Shown: piece after piece, positions 51,277 to 64,000 of the stretch
Layout: the number at the start of each line of letters is the position of its first letter
Numbering within the stretch: the stretch's first letter is position 1
DNA from: Chlorokybus atmophyticus
Taxonomy: Eukaryota; Plantae; Mesostigma and Chlorokybus algae
DNA: 64,000 bases
Direction of reading: 5' to 3'
Assembly: GCA_009103225.1 (NCBI GenBank)
Contig: RHPI01002112.1
Coordinates: 76,283 to 140,282 of the forward strand
Made by a program: the position numbers and the translations under genes
The notes under the pieces: model-generated
The model's input: the letters and a program-made list of their open reading frames with translations, nothing else
Told to the model about the DNA's origin: nothing
Database searches by the model: none

Positions 51277-51900
51277 ATGGTGAGTTCGGAATTCACCATG
51301 GCGGCGGTAATAGCGATGAGTGCGGAGCAACTTGCGTTTGACAACTTGGTGAAGGAGCAGTTGACCGTGCAGTACGGGAGCAGCAGTCGTGCCGGATGCG
51401 AGACCTCGTGACTTTAACGGAGAGGATGGCGACGTGTACAAGTGGTTGGACCACTACGAGCTCGTGGCGAGCTACCATTAACGGAAAGTGGAGAGGAAAG
51501 TGGAGATCAAGTTATGCCTGACCAGAGCAGCGGCGCAGTGGTACCGGGTGCAACTTGAGTCGATTAAGACATCATGGCGGATGCTTGCAAGTGCTTTGGG
51601 ACAATCATTTAGACATGTAAATGCGGACGCGGACGCCATGGCCCTAAAGGACCTTCATTGTTGTTATAAGAAGGATCCGGTGAACACTGTATGGCATGTT
51701 TAGAGTCAGAATCAAGCAGATGATAGCGAGGGCGGATGCGGCGATGAGTGAGAACTTCTCACTTGAAGGTGAGTTTTAAGTTCGCTTTGTCCTCGACTTC
51801 TACCGGCAAAATCAAAGGTGTACAAGCCCCTCCAACGCGAGACGAGGCACTGATAATAGCACAAATCTATGAAGCCGCGCAGAAGATGTTATTAAATCGT
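51277..51900 (+). pseudogene. Retrotransposon gag remnant from a family unrelated to the two chromoviruses
   Basis: PRDFNGEDGDVYKWLDHYELVASYH*...CLTRAAAQWYR...SWRMLASAL...PPTRDEALIIAQIYE matches Ty3/gypsy capsid motifs; no pol follows. Confidence 0.7.
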
Positions 51901-54900
51901 ATGGAGAGTACCGTATACGTACCTCCAAACGCAAGCGTCTCTAGAGACGGTGTGCCATGTGTGGCCGAGACGCTCAGCGTCTCCATCGGTCGGTCAGTGT
52001 ATGGGACGTCACGTTGTTACGGTAACAAGTTTCTAACCTAACCATATTTTATCAATTGTACGTTACTGATATCGAGCTCCTCTTGACGCTGTGATATCAA
52101 CAATTCTGCCCTGTGGCGTTGCTGGCGGCGGGGGAGGAGGAGAAAGCAGCGGCGGCGGCGGTGCCGTCCGTGGTGATAGTGTACCCATTAGTGGGTAGTG
52201 GGTAGAGGGTTAGAGGGTTAGGGTGTAAATAAAGCGGCGGCACTGGTTAGTTTAATGTGTTTTATCCCTTGTATTTTTGCTGTTCACCAGATCGTTGATT
52301 GATATGATGCTTGTCTGTGCGTACGTGTGCGTTGGTCTCAAGTGCGTGTGTCCATTTTATAGTGCATGACTATGTCTTTGATGATACTCACACACACACA
52401 CACATACCCACACACACACACACGCACACGCACGCGCACGCGCACGCACACGCACACGCACACACACACGCACACACAAGTCAAGCACTATGTGTGTGGA
52501 TGGGTGGGTGCGTGTGTGGCATGTGACTCTGCACTAGCATCAATAGTTTTGCGTTGTGTGCATGTTTGTGTCACTTATGTGTGCGTTTAGCATAGGCGTA
52601 TGACTGTTAGCAACAGCAACTGCGTTGTGCGCTTGTGTGCTTGTTAACGATAAAACTGTTCAAAAATGCGTGCATATGTCTCGTTTGGTCAGCGGCCGCT
52701 CAGAGCCTACAGCATGCCCTGATGGCCAACTTGTGCTTTACATATGTCAGGGTGGCGCAGCGGCGGAGTCAGCAGAGAGGAGCTTTATCAGCCAGCATGC
52801 AAGTTGGGTGCTTGCTGCTACAAGCCAACTATTGTGGCAACAATTGTTTGCATGTGTTGCGGTGTCAAATTCAGTCCTTGAAGTCCTTAATGCTGTGGTG
52901 TAGGTCATGCAAGGCGTATCGAAGGTTGACTAGTGGGCTCCAACATCTGCGCGCACAGGCTTCAAACAGGTCAGCAAATGGTTGTGTGCATGTGTGTGGC
53001 TTGCGCGCCTGGTGTGGCATGTGCGTATGCGTGTGCCTGCGATTGCGCAGCTGTTCAGCATAGGCGTGTGAAATGTCTGCAACAGCAGCAACTGCGTCTC
53101 CGCTGTATGTGTGTAGAGCAACTACTGCGCATGCATTGTGTTGAGTGTGTAGTTGTATGTATTTGCACTTGTTGCACTGATTGCTAACTATTGCAATGCA
53201 TCAAATGCAAGATCATGGCCTGGCGCATGGCTTTGCGTCATGTGAGAATCTTAAGCAGCTTGCAAGGGCTGAAAGTGTCAAAGGCTTTTCGGGACAGCAT
53301 TGGGTTCGCGGCGGCTGCAAAGTTGTTGAACAAAGGGCATCACGATGGAGAGATTCCAAGTTTCTCTCCATCGCGCATTCTGCCTGCTTTCACCTCAGCA
53401 ACTGCGCAAGCGCTATCGACACAAGTGACCAAGCAATCTGCATTCAATGCATCTTCTGTGTTTTGGCCTTTGGCGGCATTGGCAGCCATGGCTAGCGGCA
53501 TACAAGTAAGCGTCCATGGCAAGCCTTTCCTTGTGCTATAATGTCTTGTACTGCAGGACAAATTTTGGAGCCATTTTTGCAGGTCAACATGAGCAGCGAG
53601 CAAGAAGATGAAGAAGCAGAGGAGCGCGGAATGCTTCCATCCCCCGGTTCTGCACCGCGCGTGCCAACAGTGACGAACATATTAAACTGAAAACAACATG
53701 AACGCCCGGCCAATACTTGTTTGAAATATGAGCAAGGGCTGGGATTGTATGAGGTATAGACTTGTAATGCTATGCAACAGCAAGTGCTAATGGTTATGGA
53801 TCTTATTGTCTTACAAATAGAACAATTGTAGGAGTGGTGCACTCGCCATCAATGTCCATTCGCATTGAAGCAAGCACTGTGGAACGCTTCATGGCTGAGC
53901 ATCACGAGTGGGCATAAAACAAGTTGGAGAACCACATGAATAGTATGCAGGACGCCATTAAAGACCAGGCAATGCGAGACGGCAATGGCACTATACCGAT
54001 CAACTTGGGCAGCATCCCCATCATCCAATGAATCCTGCGAACCGCACGGCAAAGTATATCAAAGACTGCCAAACTATAAGTGTCATTTTCATTGCACCAA
54101 TTCTGATGCTTGTCTTGAACACACCAATATGACCTGCATATACCAAAAGGGAGTCTAAGGATCGGTTAGCTGGGACGGCTGCAGAAAGTTACACATTTGC
54201 TCAGTATCAGAGTATGATTGAGTATTGGCTTCACAAATGTGCAAACACTACCAACATTGTGAAGCAAGCCGTTCCATTATAGCTCGGTAATTGTTATTCA
54301 CTCTGCAATGTTGCGGTGTTGCAAACTTGTAGACATTGTATAGCAAGAGGAGTGTCACCGTCAACATTAGCGGCTGCTTCGTGCGTGAGTTGGTTGGATC
54401 TGGCAATGCGTCATACTTGTCTATTGCGCTGTGATGCTGTGAAGGCAGCAGAAGAATGCAACCTGTAAGCAAGTATGATGTGGGGACTGGGTGCTTGGGA
54501 CCTGATCAAGGCGTAATACTCTGCTTCGCATTGCGAATGGCAAGATAAATAAGGTGTGCATCTGCATTTTGTGCAAGCTTTGGCCAATCATGTACAACTT
54601 GTTACAACCATCCTACTATGTTGGTGCAGAATGGCAACGTATATACAATACTTTGGAGGGTTGCGACATTGGAATCTCATGTGCGACATGCACGATGCGC
54701 TGGCATTCACATTCTTCCACAAGTACCACATCGCGCAACGCCCATTCCCTTCTTTTGAATCGCGACAATCTGGGTAGGGCATGCGCATAGCACCGTGCTT
54801 GCATACAATGCTTAATTGATGATGTATCCCGGTATGGTGAGCCATTGTTTCCTGGTGAGAGGACTGCAAAGGCTATCAGTTGCAAACAGCAATACTTGAA

Positions 54901-56483
54901 CTCCTGCGAAGCATTCAAAAAATGTGGCATCATTACCGGCCGCGCCAAAGTACATGCCCCGCGCAAAGAAGCAAGTCAGCGAGCCACGAATGCCGGGTGA
55001 GTTTACACTATGTTGTGCCATTGTCTTAATGAGCACAACTTAGCATTAAGTTGTTAGGGCAAGTGAGGAGGGCATAAAGCAAAATAGCGGTGGAACAACG
55101 AGCACAAATCCTATGTGACACAGCTCCATGTGGGTACTTGTGCTGTACTAGCAGGTTATGGGCATCAATTTCACGAGCATAAGCATGTGCTGGCCCGGTC
55201 ACGGTTTCCCTACCCGCCAACATCCGTGAGAGCATCTTCCCGCAGCTGGAGGAGCATCTTGCCTCTGTCATACAGGTACCTTATGTTGGATTCTTTTGCA
55301 CATTTGTTACTCAGTCGGAGAGGTGTTTGCTTCGCAACATGTAGCCAAGTGTTGCACTGTATTGATGTTGGCACACGCTTTACACATGCATTTTTGCAGC
55401 ATTGCTTCGATGGTCCCGACGAGGTGCGAGACTATACTGCATACAAGCATCTTCTCATGTTGGACTATCTGCAAGATGTCATCGGAAGGTAAGCAAGTGT
55501 ATATCTTTATCAACAAGTGCAGTCCGTGAGTCTTGTGTATTGCTTATCAGGATGTCGCCATCATATGCAACGAAGTTGTTCAACTGCGCGGCGGTACCAC
55601 ATACGGCTGCACAGATGTATCAGTTTGTGACCACGATCTGTTTAACACGCCACAGTTCTACGCGTGGGCCAACATTGTTGTCGCCGCTTACGATCAATCC
55701 ATGCAAGAAGCAAATCCGCAATGTGAAGATTTGTCGGATTGGGTATGTATGACACACAAGCTGCTGCTTGGTTGACGTGATGTTGTACAATGCATGTCTG
55801 TCCCCTTAATGATGCTTGAGGTCTATGTTGTGGTCGCGCAGCTAGCGCACATCATGCGCGGCAACTACGCATTGTTGACTGTGATATAGACCGCATTGTG
55901 GACGTCGCTTGCAAGCTTCTTCGTGTCATTACAGCTATCGACACTGGCTTTGCTGCGACACATGCAGAAGTGAAGGTTGTGGCTGACTTGGTGCGAGAGC
56001 TAGATGCCGGTATGGGGGTGTCTTTGCCTGCAGATGTGGCATCAATAACTGCTCGTGAAGAGGCACCGTCCGCATCATCACCACCACGCAAACGCGCACG
56101 TGCCAATGATCCCAGTCGTGCTGCTGATCCATTATCGGCGGCAGGCAATAATGTCACTCGGCACTCAGCACATTCTGTCGCCGCTACCTTTGTACCTACC
56201 AAGTATAAAATGGTTGACGTACCAACCATGGTGGTGTGGCAAGAATACACAACGGGCATAGGTGGGCCGACAAGCCGCGACTTGGATGACAAGTTCAAGT
56301 GCACTTGGCGTTGTAACAATGAGCGCTTGCGCAAGCAATACGGCAAGCGCTCAATGTACTGTATAAAGCTATCCAGGAGTTGGCGGCATTGCGGAACATT
56401 AGCGAAGACATGGCAGCACAACAATTGGATCAGCAGAGGCAAGAGCAGCAAAAGCCAACCGCAAATGGCAGAGGCACCAGACC

Positions 56484-57018
56484 TGTAACGGGAGCAATAA
56501 TAATAGGGGTATTATTGCTACCCGAATAACACTTTAAATACATTTTGTATGAATAAGTATTTAAATATGCTTATTTATACTTCTTTTCTACGGTTCCTCG
56601 CTTATTAAAGGCTATGATGCTTTATCATAGCTTAAATAAGTCCCAATGGGTGTAGAACCGCTTATTCAAGCCTATTTAGTGTCACATTTGATATAATGTG
56701 ATCACTATCTCGTTAGGTACCTTACGATAGGTATCTTTGGATAGGTACCTTATCGATAGGTACCTTATCTGAGCTGTGATTGGCTCACGCTAGATTTCCT
56801 AACTACCCTATCTGTAGGGTCGATGTCTAGTTGTGAGTTAATTATCGAGAGTTATATAGTTGATATACTCTTGATATAAAAGGTCACATCAATCTGATGT
56901 GGGGACTTGGAGTTCTCTGCTCAGTGGCGGCCACGCCGTTGAAAGGCTTGTCATAGGCGGTGTGGGTGTTGGGGTAGAGGATTGAAGGGGCATCACCGGC
57001 GACGGTGGTGCTGTTACA
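56484..57018 (+). repeat. 5' LTR, copy 2
   Basis: TGTAACGGGAGC...GCTGTTACA followed by the PBS. Confidence 0.96.
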
Positions 57019-57295
57019 TTGGTATCCAAGAGCTGGGGGGTGACGTGGGTACTTATAGGGGGCGGCGACCTGCTTTCGGCCAATCAGAAGGCGTCGTCGG
57101 CGGCCTCCTATTCGTCCACGCAGCCCAAGCTTCAAGTTCGCTTCCCTGCGCTACCTCCACGTTGAAGCCACCTATTAAAGAGGCGGCCTCTCCACGTGTG
57201 AGGTACCATCACATGTCGGTGACTTGCCTGCTTGCCTGCTTGTCAGCTGCTTGCCAGGTGCTTGCCAGGTGCACGTGTGTACTTTCATGCACATC

Positions 57296-57550
57296 ACACA
57301 GTGGTTTGCCAGTGCACTATCATTACTTGCAGTGATTGCCTGTCATTGCATGCGGTGATTGCGGCTTGCTAGTGTGCCATCACTGTTTGTCACACTTAGT
57401 GCACTATCATTGCTTGCAGTGATTGCCTGTCATTGCATGCGGTGATTGCTTGTCATTGTGCTTGCCAGTGCATGTCACAGTTAGTCACCGTACGGCTTGC
57501 CTGTTGCATGCCTGTGGCTTGCCTGTTGCATGCCTGTGACGTACCTGTGA
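57296..57550 (+). repeat. Tandem repeats in the gypsy 5' leader
   Basis: Two copies of AGTGCACTATCATT.CTTGCAGTGATTGCCTGTCATTGCATGCGGTGATTGC and two of GCTTGCCTGTTGCATGCCTGTG. Confidence 0.85.
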
Positions 57551-58037
57551 CCTGCCAGCGGCTTTGCCGGGTCGTTTGACCCGGGTCCGTAAGTTCCAAA
57601 CCAAACTGTTCCCAAACCCTCCCCCTCTGGCTTCGGCCTGGAGATCGGGACTTGGTTAGGACAGTTGTGGGGAGGTTCTAGGACAATCTGTTCCCAAACC
57701 CTGTTAGCCTGAAACCCTCCCTCTCTGGCTTCGGCCTGTAGATTGGGACTTGGTGGAGGACAACACAGGGTTAGGACATTTTGGTCCCACTCAGACTTGT
57801 TCTGTTTGGTGACACTCCAGATCCAACCTTGCCTATTTTGGGACTGGTTTGGACTCTGTTTGGGACTTTTACAACTTGGGGTCATTTTGATCCTCTCGTT
57901 GAACCTGGTCCATTGGTGAGGTTCTCACCACCCCATTCTGCCTGTTTTGCAGGCAAATGGAAGAAAACTCGGTGCCCACCTAAAAAGGGGAGAGCTCAGA
58001 AAAAGAGCAACTTTCCCGTGAGGAGGAATTTCCATCC

Positions 58038-59132
58038 ATGGAAGATATTCCGAATCCGGATGATGCACCTGATGAGTCTCAAGCTGCTAAAGCTGCGGAA
58101 GCTTCAGTGGATGATAGATCACCTTCTATATTCCCTGAGTTTTCTATTCGCATGACACAGCAGGACTTGATGGAGCATTTCCTTAGCACCTATGATCAGG
58201 ACCCTCGTGAGGCAATTGTCTCATTCGTGAACTTTCTCTTCCTATTGGCAGAAAAAGTTTCAAAGCTCACCACCTTTATGGGGCGAGATTGGGAGGGGCA
58301 GATGGGTGAAGGCAAACGTGTTCTGAATATGATCGAGCGTCTGCAGCGTGCTGACGGTGGTCCACCTGTTCAAGCACTTGCTCGTCCTGCCGAGTTTGTT
58401 CGCAACAAGCAAGCGGCCATCTTCGACTGGCTTGTGAAGTTGCGACACTATGTCAACTCCCTTCACATTTCTGAGGAGGGGAAATTGCGTGTAGTTAAGT
58501 TGCTGATCCCAAACGATGCTCTGGCAGAATGGTACCGCCGTAAGCAACGGGGTACAAACCTCGGGCGGGAAGTAAATCAGTTATGCTTTTTCATGGAGCA
58601 GCGCTATGGTGGCGCAGATCCTGCCCAGGTTGCTCGCAACCAGTTGCACAACCTGCGTTAGAATGGGCGTCCGGTTCAGCAGTATATCCAGGATTTTCAG
58701 TCGTTTGTCAGCAAGATCAATGCTGGCAAACTACCTCTCAGTGATGCTGATCAGCTGGATATGTTCAGACGTAGCTTGGACACAAATCTCGTGCAGCATG
58801 TGGCCGTCAACCCCGCGAGTTTGCAAGAGTGGGCCTCGACGGATTTACCAATGCTGATGCAGATGGTTGCTGCTGTGGACAGTATAAAACGCTCTCACGC
58901 CAACATGCAAACCACGGCAAAAGAGGCAGCCCCGGTTTCAGCTGCAAAGCGCCCGGCCACTGGCAACAAACCTTTTGTGAAAAAGGCGAAACCATCTCAC
59001 CCTGCTGGCCCCTACAATGCGGCCAAATCCATCATCACTTGCAGTTTCTGCAAGCAGACAGGTCATGGGGAGGCTACGTGCTATGCAAAACAGAATGCAC
59101 AGAAGGCCAAGCAGCAGAGAGAAAAGAAATAG
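58038..59132 (+). pseudogene. gag: gag, copy 2 (internal TAG at 58659 where copy 1 has CAG)
   Basis: Homologous to copy-1 gag; knuckle CSFCKQTGHGEATC. Confidence 0.9.
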
Positions 59133-62100
59133 GAATTGTCCGTGGTTGGTAGCATAGTCGAGCAGAACGACTTTAAAAACTCTGTACTTCTTGATAAAGT
59201 TTCCTCTCTTTGCGATGTATCAGATGTATGGACTGATATGAGCACACCACCTATGTTGGGAAATGCAAACGGTTGTGTTTTAATCAATGTTCCATTCTCT
59301 GAATTAGTAACTGCTGTTAACCACTTACACGAGTTGCAATTACAACATGCTGTCACTGCATGTGTAGTTATCCTCGATATCATGGCCCGTGGTCGCGATT
59401 GTTGAAAGGGGGAGAAGTAATCATGCAACTCTCCCGCAAAGATACAGGAGCTTCACCATTGCAAGTGATCTTTATCAAGTCTGCTACCAATCACGGCACT
59501 CCGACATTAGCTACATTTGATGGTCACTCAGTGCCACTCAAATGGAGATTTGAGAGTCAACTTATGGGTACACCATGTACAGCATTGATTGATACTGGTG
59601 CAAACCATAACTTTGTTGAACATGCTTGGGTGAAACGTAATAACATTCCTTTCACACCAGTGACGTCATATGTACGTGCTGCTGGTTCCACTCTCAATGC
59701 AATGGGAGAGGTAAAAGGGCGTTTTGTTATTAATGGCCATATAACCCGACCAGCCTTCATCGTGGTGGATATTGGTATCCCCGGGGTGGATGTTGTTTTA
59801 GGGGAACAATGGCACACTGAAGCAGGTTTACAATTAGACTCTCGAGCCAATACGTGCACCCTTCGTAAAGGGAAACGTAGGATGACTTTAACAGCATCTG
59901 TACTCGCACGTATACCACGCGATAATGTTCCGCTCCTCTCTGCTATGCAATTGAAACGTTGCATGCGTAAACGTGAGGAAGTATACTTACTGCACTTACG
60001 ACAGGTGGAAACACCTGCTGAACAGGCTATCAGTGACCCTGTGGTGCAGTCACTTACGGAACAATTCGCAGATGTATTTTAGGATGAACTCCCAGAGTTG
60101 CCTCCCGATCGAAACATACATCATACCATTCCGTTAGAGGAGGGGGCAAAGCCACCTTGGCGGCCTATATACAGGCTAAGTCCCTTAGAACACGCGGAGA
60201 TGGAAAAACAGCTCAAAGAGTTATTGGACAAAGGTTTAATAACAAAGAGCATATCTCCTTTTGGTGCACCAATTTTGTTTGTGCCCAAAAAGAATGGCAA
60301 GCTACGCATGTGTATTGATTACCGTGCGTTGAACAAGGTCACTGTGAAAAACAGATACCCTTTGCCTCGGATTGATGGTTTGTTTGATAAGCTGTCAGGT
60401 GCAACAGTGTTCAGCACGCTGGATTTGACCAGTAGTTATCATCAAATCAAAATCCACCCGTCGGATATGCAAAAAACTGCATTTCGCACCCCACTAGGAC
60501 ACTTTGAGTATAAAGTGTTACCATTTGGGTTAACAAATGCACCGGCTACATTTCAGACAGCAATGAACGCGGTATTTGCTGATGAATTGTACAAGTTTGT
60601 ACTGGTATATCTAGACGACATTATTGTGTTCAGCAAAACCCGGGAGGACCACCACAGGCATGTGGAATTGGTTCTAGCTAAGTTACGCGAACACAAATTT
60701 TATGCCAACCTGTTCAAATGCAACTTTGCAAAGGATGAACTACCCTTTTTAAGGCATGTGATTGGCAAAGAAGGATTGAAACCAGATCCTCAAAAGGTGT
60801 GTGCGGTAAAGGATTGGCCGCCACCCAAGGATGTACATCAGTTACGTGCTTTTTTGGGGCTAGCCAATTATTTCCGCAAGTTCATGATAGCATATTCTAG
60901 CATGGCAAATTCTTCAACATCTTTACTAAGAAAAGATGTTAAATTTGTGTGGACGGAGGCACACGAGGTTGCTTTTACTCGCATTAAAGATGCATTAACA
61001 CAAGCCCCTGTGTTAGCCTTCCCCGACCACACCAAGCCTTTTGTGGTGATCAGCGATGCTTCCACCATTGGGTGTGGGGCAGTCCTTCTACAAGATGACA
61101 GACCATGTGCATATGAAAGCAGAAAGTTCATTCCTGCTGAACGTAATTACACAACCACTGAGCAGGAATTGCTCGGGGTGGTGCACGCGCTGCGCACATG
61201 GCGTTGCTACTTGGAAGGGGTGGAGTTTTCAGTGATTACTGATCACAACCCGCTCACATTCTTTCATACGCAACAAAATCTGTCGAGGCGGCAAGCTAGG
61301 TGGAATGAATTCATTTCTCGTTTCACTTTCACTTGGCAATACCGTCCGGGTCGCACCAATGTGGCGGATCCACTAAGTCGCAGCCCTGCTCTTTTGGCAC
61401 TTACGCGCTCTCGAAGTACGCGTAATGTACAACAGCCTGAAGATCCTTTCTTGAAAGAAGTGTCCACAGGTTATAACTCAGATGATTGGTTTAGCAGTCA
61501 AACCAACTTGCAACAGCTTACTGCTGTTAGCAATCTGTGGTATAAAGGGGAGCAGTTGGCAATTCCCAACTCGGGCGACTTGCGTAAGCAATGCTTACAT
61601 TCAGTGCATGACCCGCCGTATGCTGGGCATTTGGGGAAACACAAAACACTCAAATCTGCGCAACAGTTATACTGGTGGCCGTCAATGTCAGCTGACGTTG
61701 ATCAATATGTTCGCACATGTGACGTGTGTCAACGTAATAAACCACTACGACAAAAACAAGCGGGATTGCTTAAACCATTGGCAATTCCAGAACAAAAGTG
61801 GGATAGTGTCAGTATGGATTTGATTACTGACCTACGTGAAACAGCAGCTAAATACACTGCTATTGTGGTTTTTGTCAATCGTTTGACTAAAATGGTGCAT
61901 TTTGCCCCGTGTTGCACAACTGTAAGTGCACGGGACTTGGCACACTTATTTGTGTCCACGGTCTTTCGCGTTCACGGTATACCGCGTGAACTTGTCACAG
62001 ATCGTGATCCTCGTTTTGTCTCCAAGTTTTGGCGAGAAGTCTGTGAATTGTTGGGGGTAAAACAAAGCATGTCGACTGCTTTCCACCCGCAAACGGACGG

Positions 62101-62869
62101 TCAAACTGAGCGAGCAAATTAAATACTGGAAGAAATGCTTCGCCACTATGTGGCTCCTAATCATGCTGATTGAGACGGGTACTTGCCAATGGCAGAGTTT
62201 GCTGTGAACAACGCGTGGCAAGAAAGTGTAAAGGAAACCCCATTTTTCTTGAATTATGGGATTCGCCCAAACACACCAGCGTCATTGCGTGTACCTCGCA
62301 TTGCCCTGACTGTGCCAGCGGCAAAGGAATTTGCCACTAATATGCAAGGAAATTTGGCTCGAGCCAAGCTGTGTCTGTCAGAAGCACAGGACAGGCAAAA
62401 AGCTTATGCTGATACACATCGAAAAATGGCCACTTTCGATGTCGGCGATAAAGTTTTGCTTAATGCAAAAAACTTAACCATCAAAGGTACGGGTGCTCGC
62501 AGGTTGCTGCCCCGATGGTTAGGTCCTTTCTCTATCACTGATAGAGTAGGTACGCACGCTTATCGACTGCAATTGCCCCCAAGTGTGCGTATACACAACG
62601 TGTTTCATGTAAACTTGTTGAAACCTTACCGCTCAGACGGTAGAACACAGCCTCCACCACCGCCAGTTGAGGTGGACAGCGACTCGGAGCTCGAATACGA
62701 GGTGGAAGCTATATTGAACCATAAGCTAAATGGTCGAGGACGCGCAACTCGCTATTTGGTGAAATGGAAAGGGTATGGCCCGGAACATAACAGTTGGGAG
62801 CCCGACAGGCATCTTGCGCACTGCCGCGAGTTGCTTCGAGCTTATTGGGATTCATGTCCTGTCCCATAA
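59133..62869 (+). pseudogene. pol: pol, copy 2: MTase-like segment, PR, RT, RH, IN, chromodomain; 1 frameshift (~59375) and 3 nonsense codons
   Basis: LIDTGANHNF, YLDDIIVFS, H...H...C..C zinc finger, SMDLITDL / TDRDPRF / GQTERAN, YEVEAILNHK...YLVKWKGY. Confidence 0.95.
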
Positions 62870-63016
62870 ACTGTGGGCTTGGTTTTATAACAGACTGGCA
62901 GTGCAGTTTCATTACCACCCTGTCATTTCCTGCTATCTCACTTGTTACAATTATCCGAAATCAAGCCTGATCAACTTGAGTTCAACGAGGACGTTGAAAA
63001 CTTAAGTGGGGGGGAA

Positions 63017-63533
63017 TGTAACGGGAGCAATAATAATAGGGGTATTATTGCTACCTGAATAACACATTTTGTATGAATAAGATTTAAATATGCTTTTTAT
63101 ACCTCTTTTTTACGGTTCCTCGCTTATCAAAGGCTATGATGCTTTATTATAGCTTAAATCTCAATGGGTGTAGAACCGCTTATTCAAGCCTATTTAGTGT
63201 CACATTTGATATAATGTGATCACTATCTCGTTAGGTACCTTACGATAGGTATCTTTGGATAGGTACCTTATCGATAGGTACCTTATCTGAGCTGTGATTG
63301 GCTCACGCTAGATTTCCTAACTACCCTATCTGTAGGGTCGATGTCTAGTTGTGAGTTAATTATCGAGAGGTATATAGTTGATATACTCTTGATATAAAAG
63401 GTCACATCAATCTGATGTGGGGACTTTCAGTTCTCTGCTCAGTGGCGGCCACGCCGTTGAAAGGCTTGTCATAGGCGGTGTGGGTGTTGGGGTAGAGGAT
63501 TGAAGGGCCATCACCGACGGTGGTGCTGTTACA
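63017..63533 (+). repeat. 3' LTR, copy 2
   Basis: Follows the PPT; ends TGTTACA and then the TSD. Confidence 0.96.
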
Positions 63534-63689
63534 AGACCATTGACTGTAGCAGAACTGACTGAAGTGTTGCGCCCCAAGAACAGGAAAGATGTTGGAGAAT
63601 AGCTTAGGTAGTCTGGTGCAATAAGTTGATCAGTTGTGCAGTCACTTATTGAAGTAGCTTGCACATGCGTATTTTTGGCTTTATTGCCA

Positions 63690-63825
63690 CACACACACAC
63701 GCGCACGCACACGCACGCACGCACGCACACACACACACGTACATGTACATGTATATTTATATGCATGTATATGTATATATATGCATATACACATATATGC
63801 GCATATACACATATAAATATATATG

Positions 63826-63860
<35 letters not shown>

Positions 63861-63964
63861 ATGTATATACATATCTATATATACACACATGTATATATAG
63901 ATATGTATTAACATATATACATACGCACATACAAGCATACACACACATACATATACACATATAC

Positions 63965-64000
<36 letters not shown>
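63690..64000. repeat. Compound (CA)/(CGCA)/(TA) microsatellite
   Basis: Read directly. Confidence 0.9.

Larger units (their letters stand above)
56484..63533 (+). mobile_element. Ty3/gypsy chromovirus, copy 2 (structurally complete, coding-defective)
   Basis: LTRs 56484-57018 and 63017-63533; TSD AGACC; PBS TGGTATCC (tRNA-iMet-like) at 57020; PPT before 63017; gag, PR, RT (YLDD), RH, IN, chromodomain. Confidence 0.97.
53589..63602 (+). mobile_element. CryptonF-like element: intron-containing tyrosine recombinase (NDC10-II-like) plus C-terminal GCR1_C pseudogene; coding 53589-56483 and 63534-63602; element ends not defined
   Basis: In order: RPANTCLKY, EWC, DRLAGTAAESYT, HTCLLRCD, NGKINK, LRHWNLMC...ALAFTFFHKY...PFPSFESR, AFKKCGI...KVHAPRKEASQRATNAG, RWN...SYVTQL...VLAGY, HDLFNTPQF, then VVWQEYTTGIGGP...LDDKFKCTWR...RKQY.KR. 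Confidence 0.8.

Noticed and set aside
52200-52228. GGGTTAGAGGGTTAGGG as an interstitial telomere or telomere-targeted element end
   Set aside because: Only two or three imperfect units and no associated element.
1-64000. CRISPR arrays, rRNA or tRNA genes
   Set aside because: No regularly spaced repeat-spacer array and no recognisable rRNA or tRNA sequence seen.

Overview
Intron-rich eukaryotic DNA in the standard genetic code. I infer a green alga, probably an early-diverging streptophyte, from the plant-type ITPK and MED19, a vicilin-like cupin, Tctex1 dynein light chain and telo-boxes. The first ~35 kb is a gene block: RING-H2 E3 ligase (-), ITPK (+), secreted vicilin/7S-like bicupin (+), a very large armadillo-repeat gene (-), Tctex1 (+), MED19 (-) and RPL5 (+). 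Six of these form three head-to-head pairs. The last ~29 kb is a nest of decayed mobile elements: a Penelope-like retroelement with an N-terminal GIY-YIG (Chlamys/Naiad layout) between 506-bp direct repeats; two related chromovirus Ty3/gypsy elements, each with two LTRs and a 5-bp TSD; a separate gag remnant; and an intron-containing CryptonF-like tyrosine-recombinase/GCR1_C element split by the second gypsy. The most notable observations are an N6-adenine-methyltransferase-like segment between gag and protease in both chromoviruses, the Crypton, the PLE, the algal vicilin-like protein and two 35-bp hairpins. All assignments come from motif recognition by eye; no searches were run.
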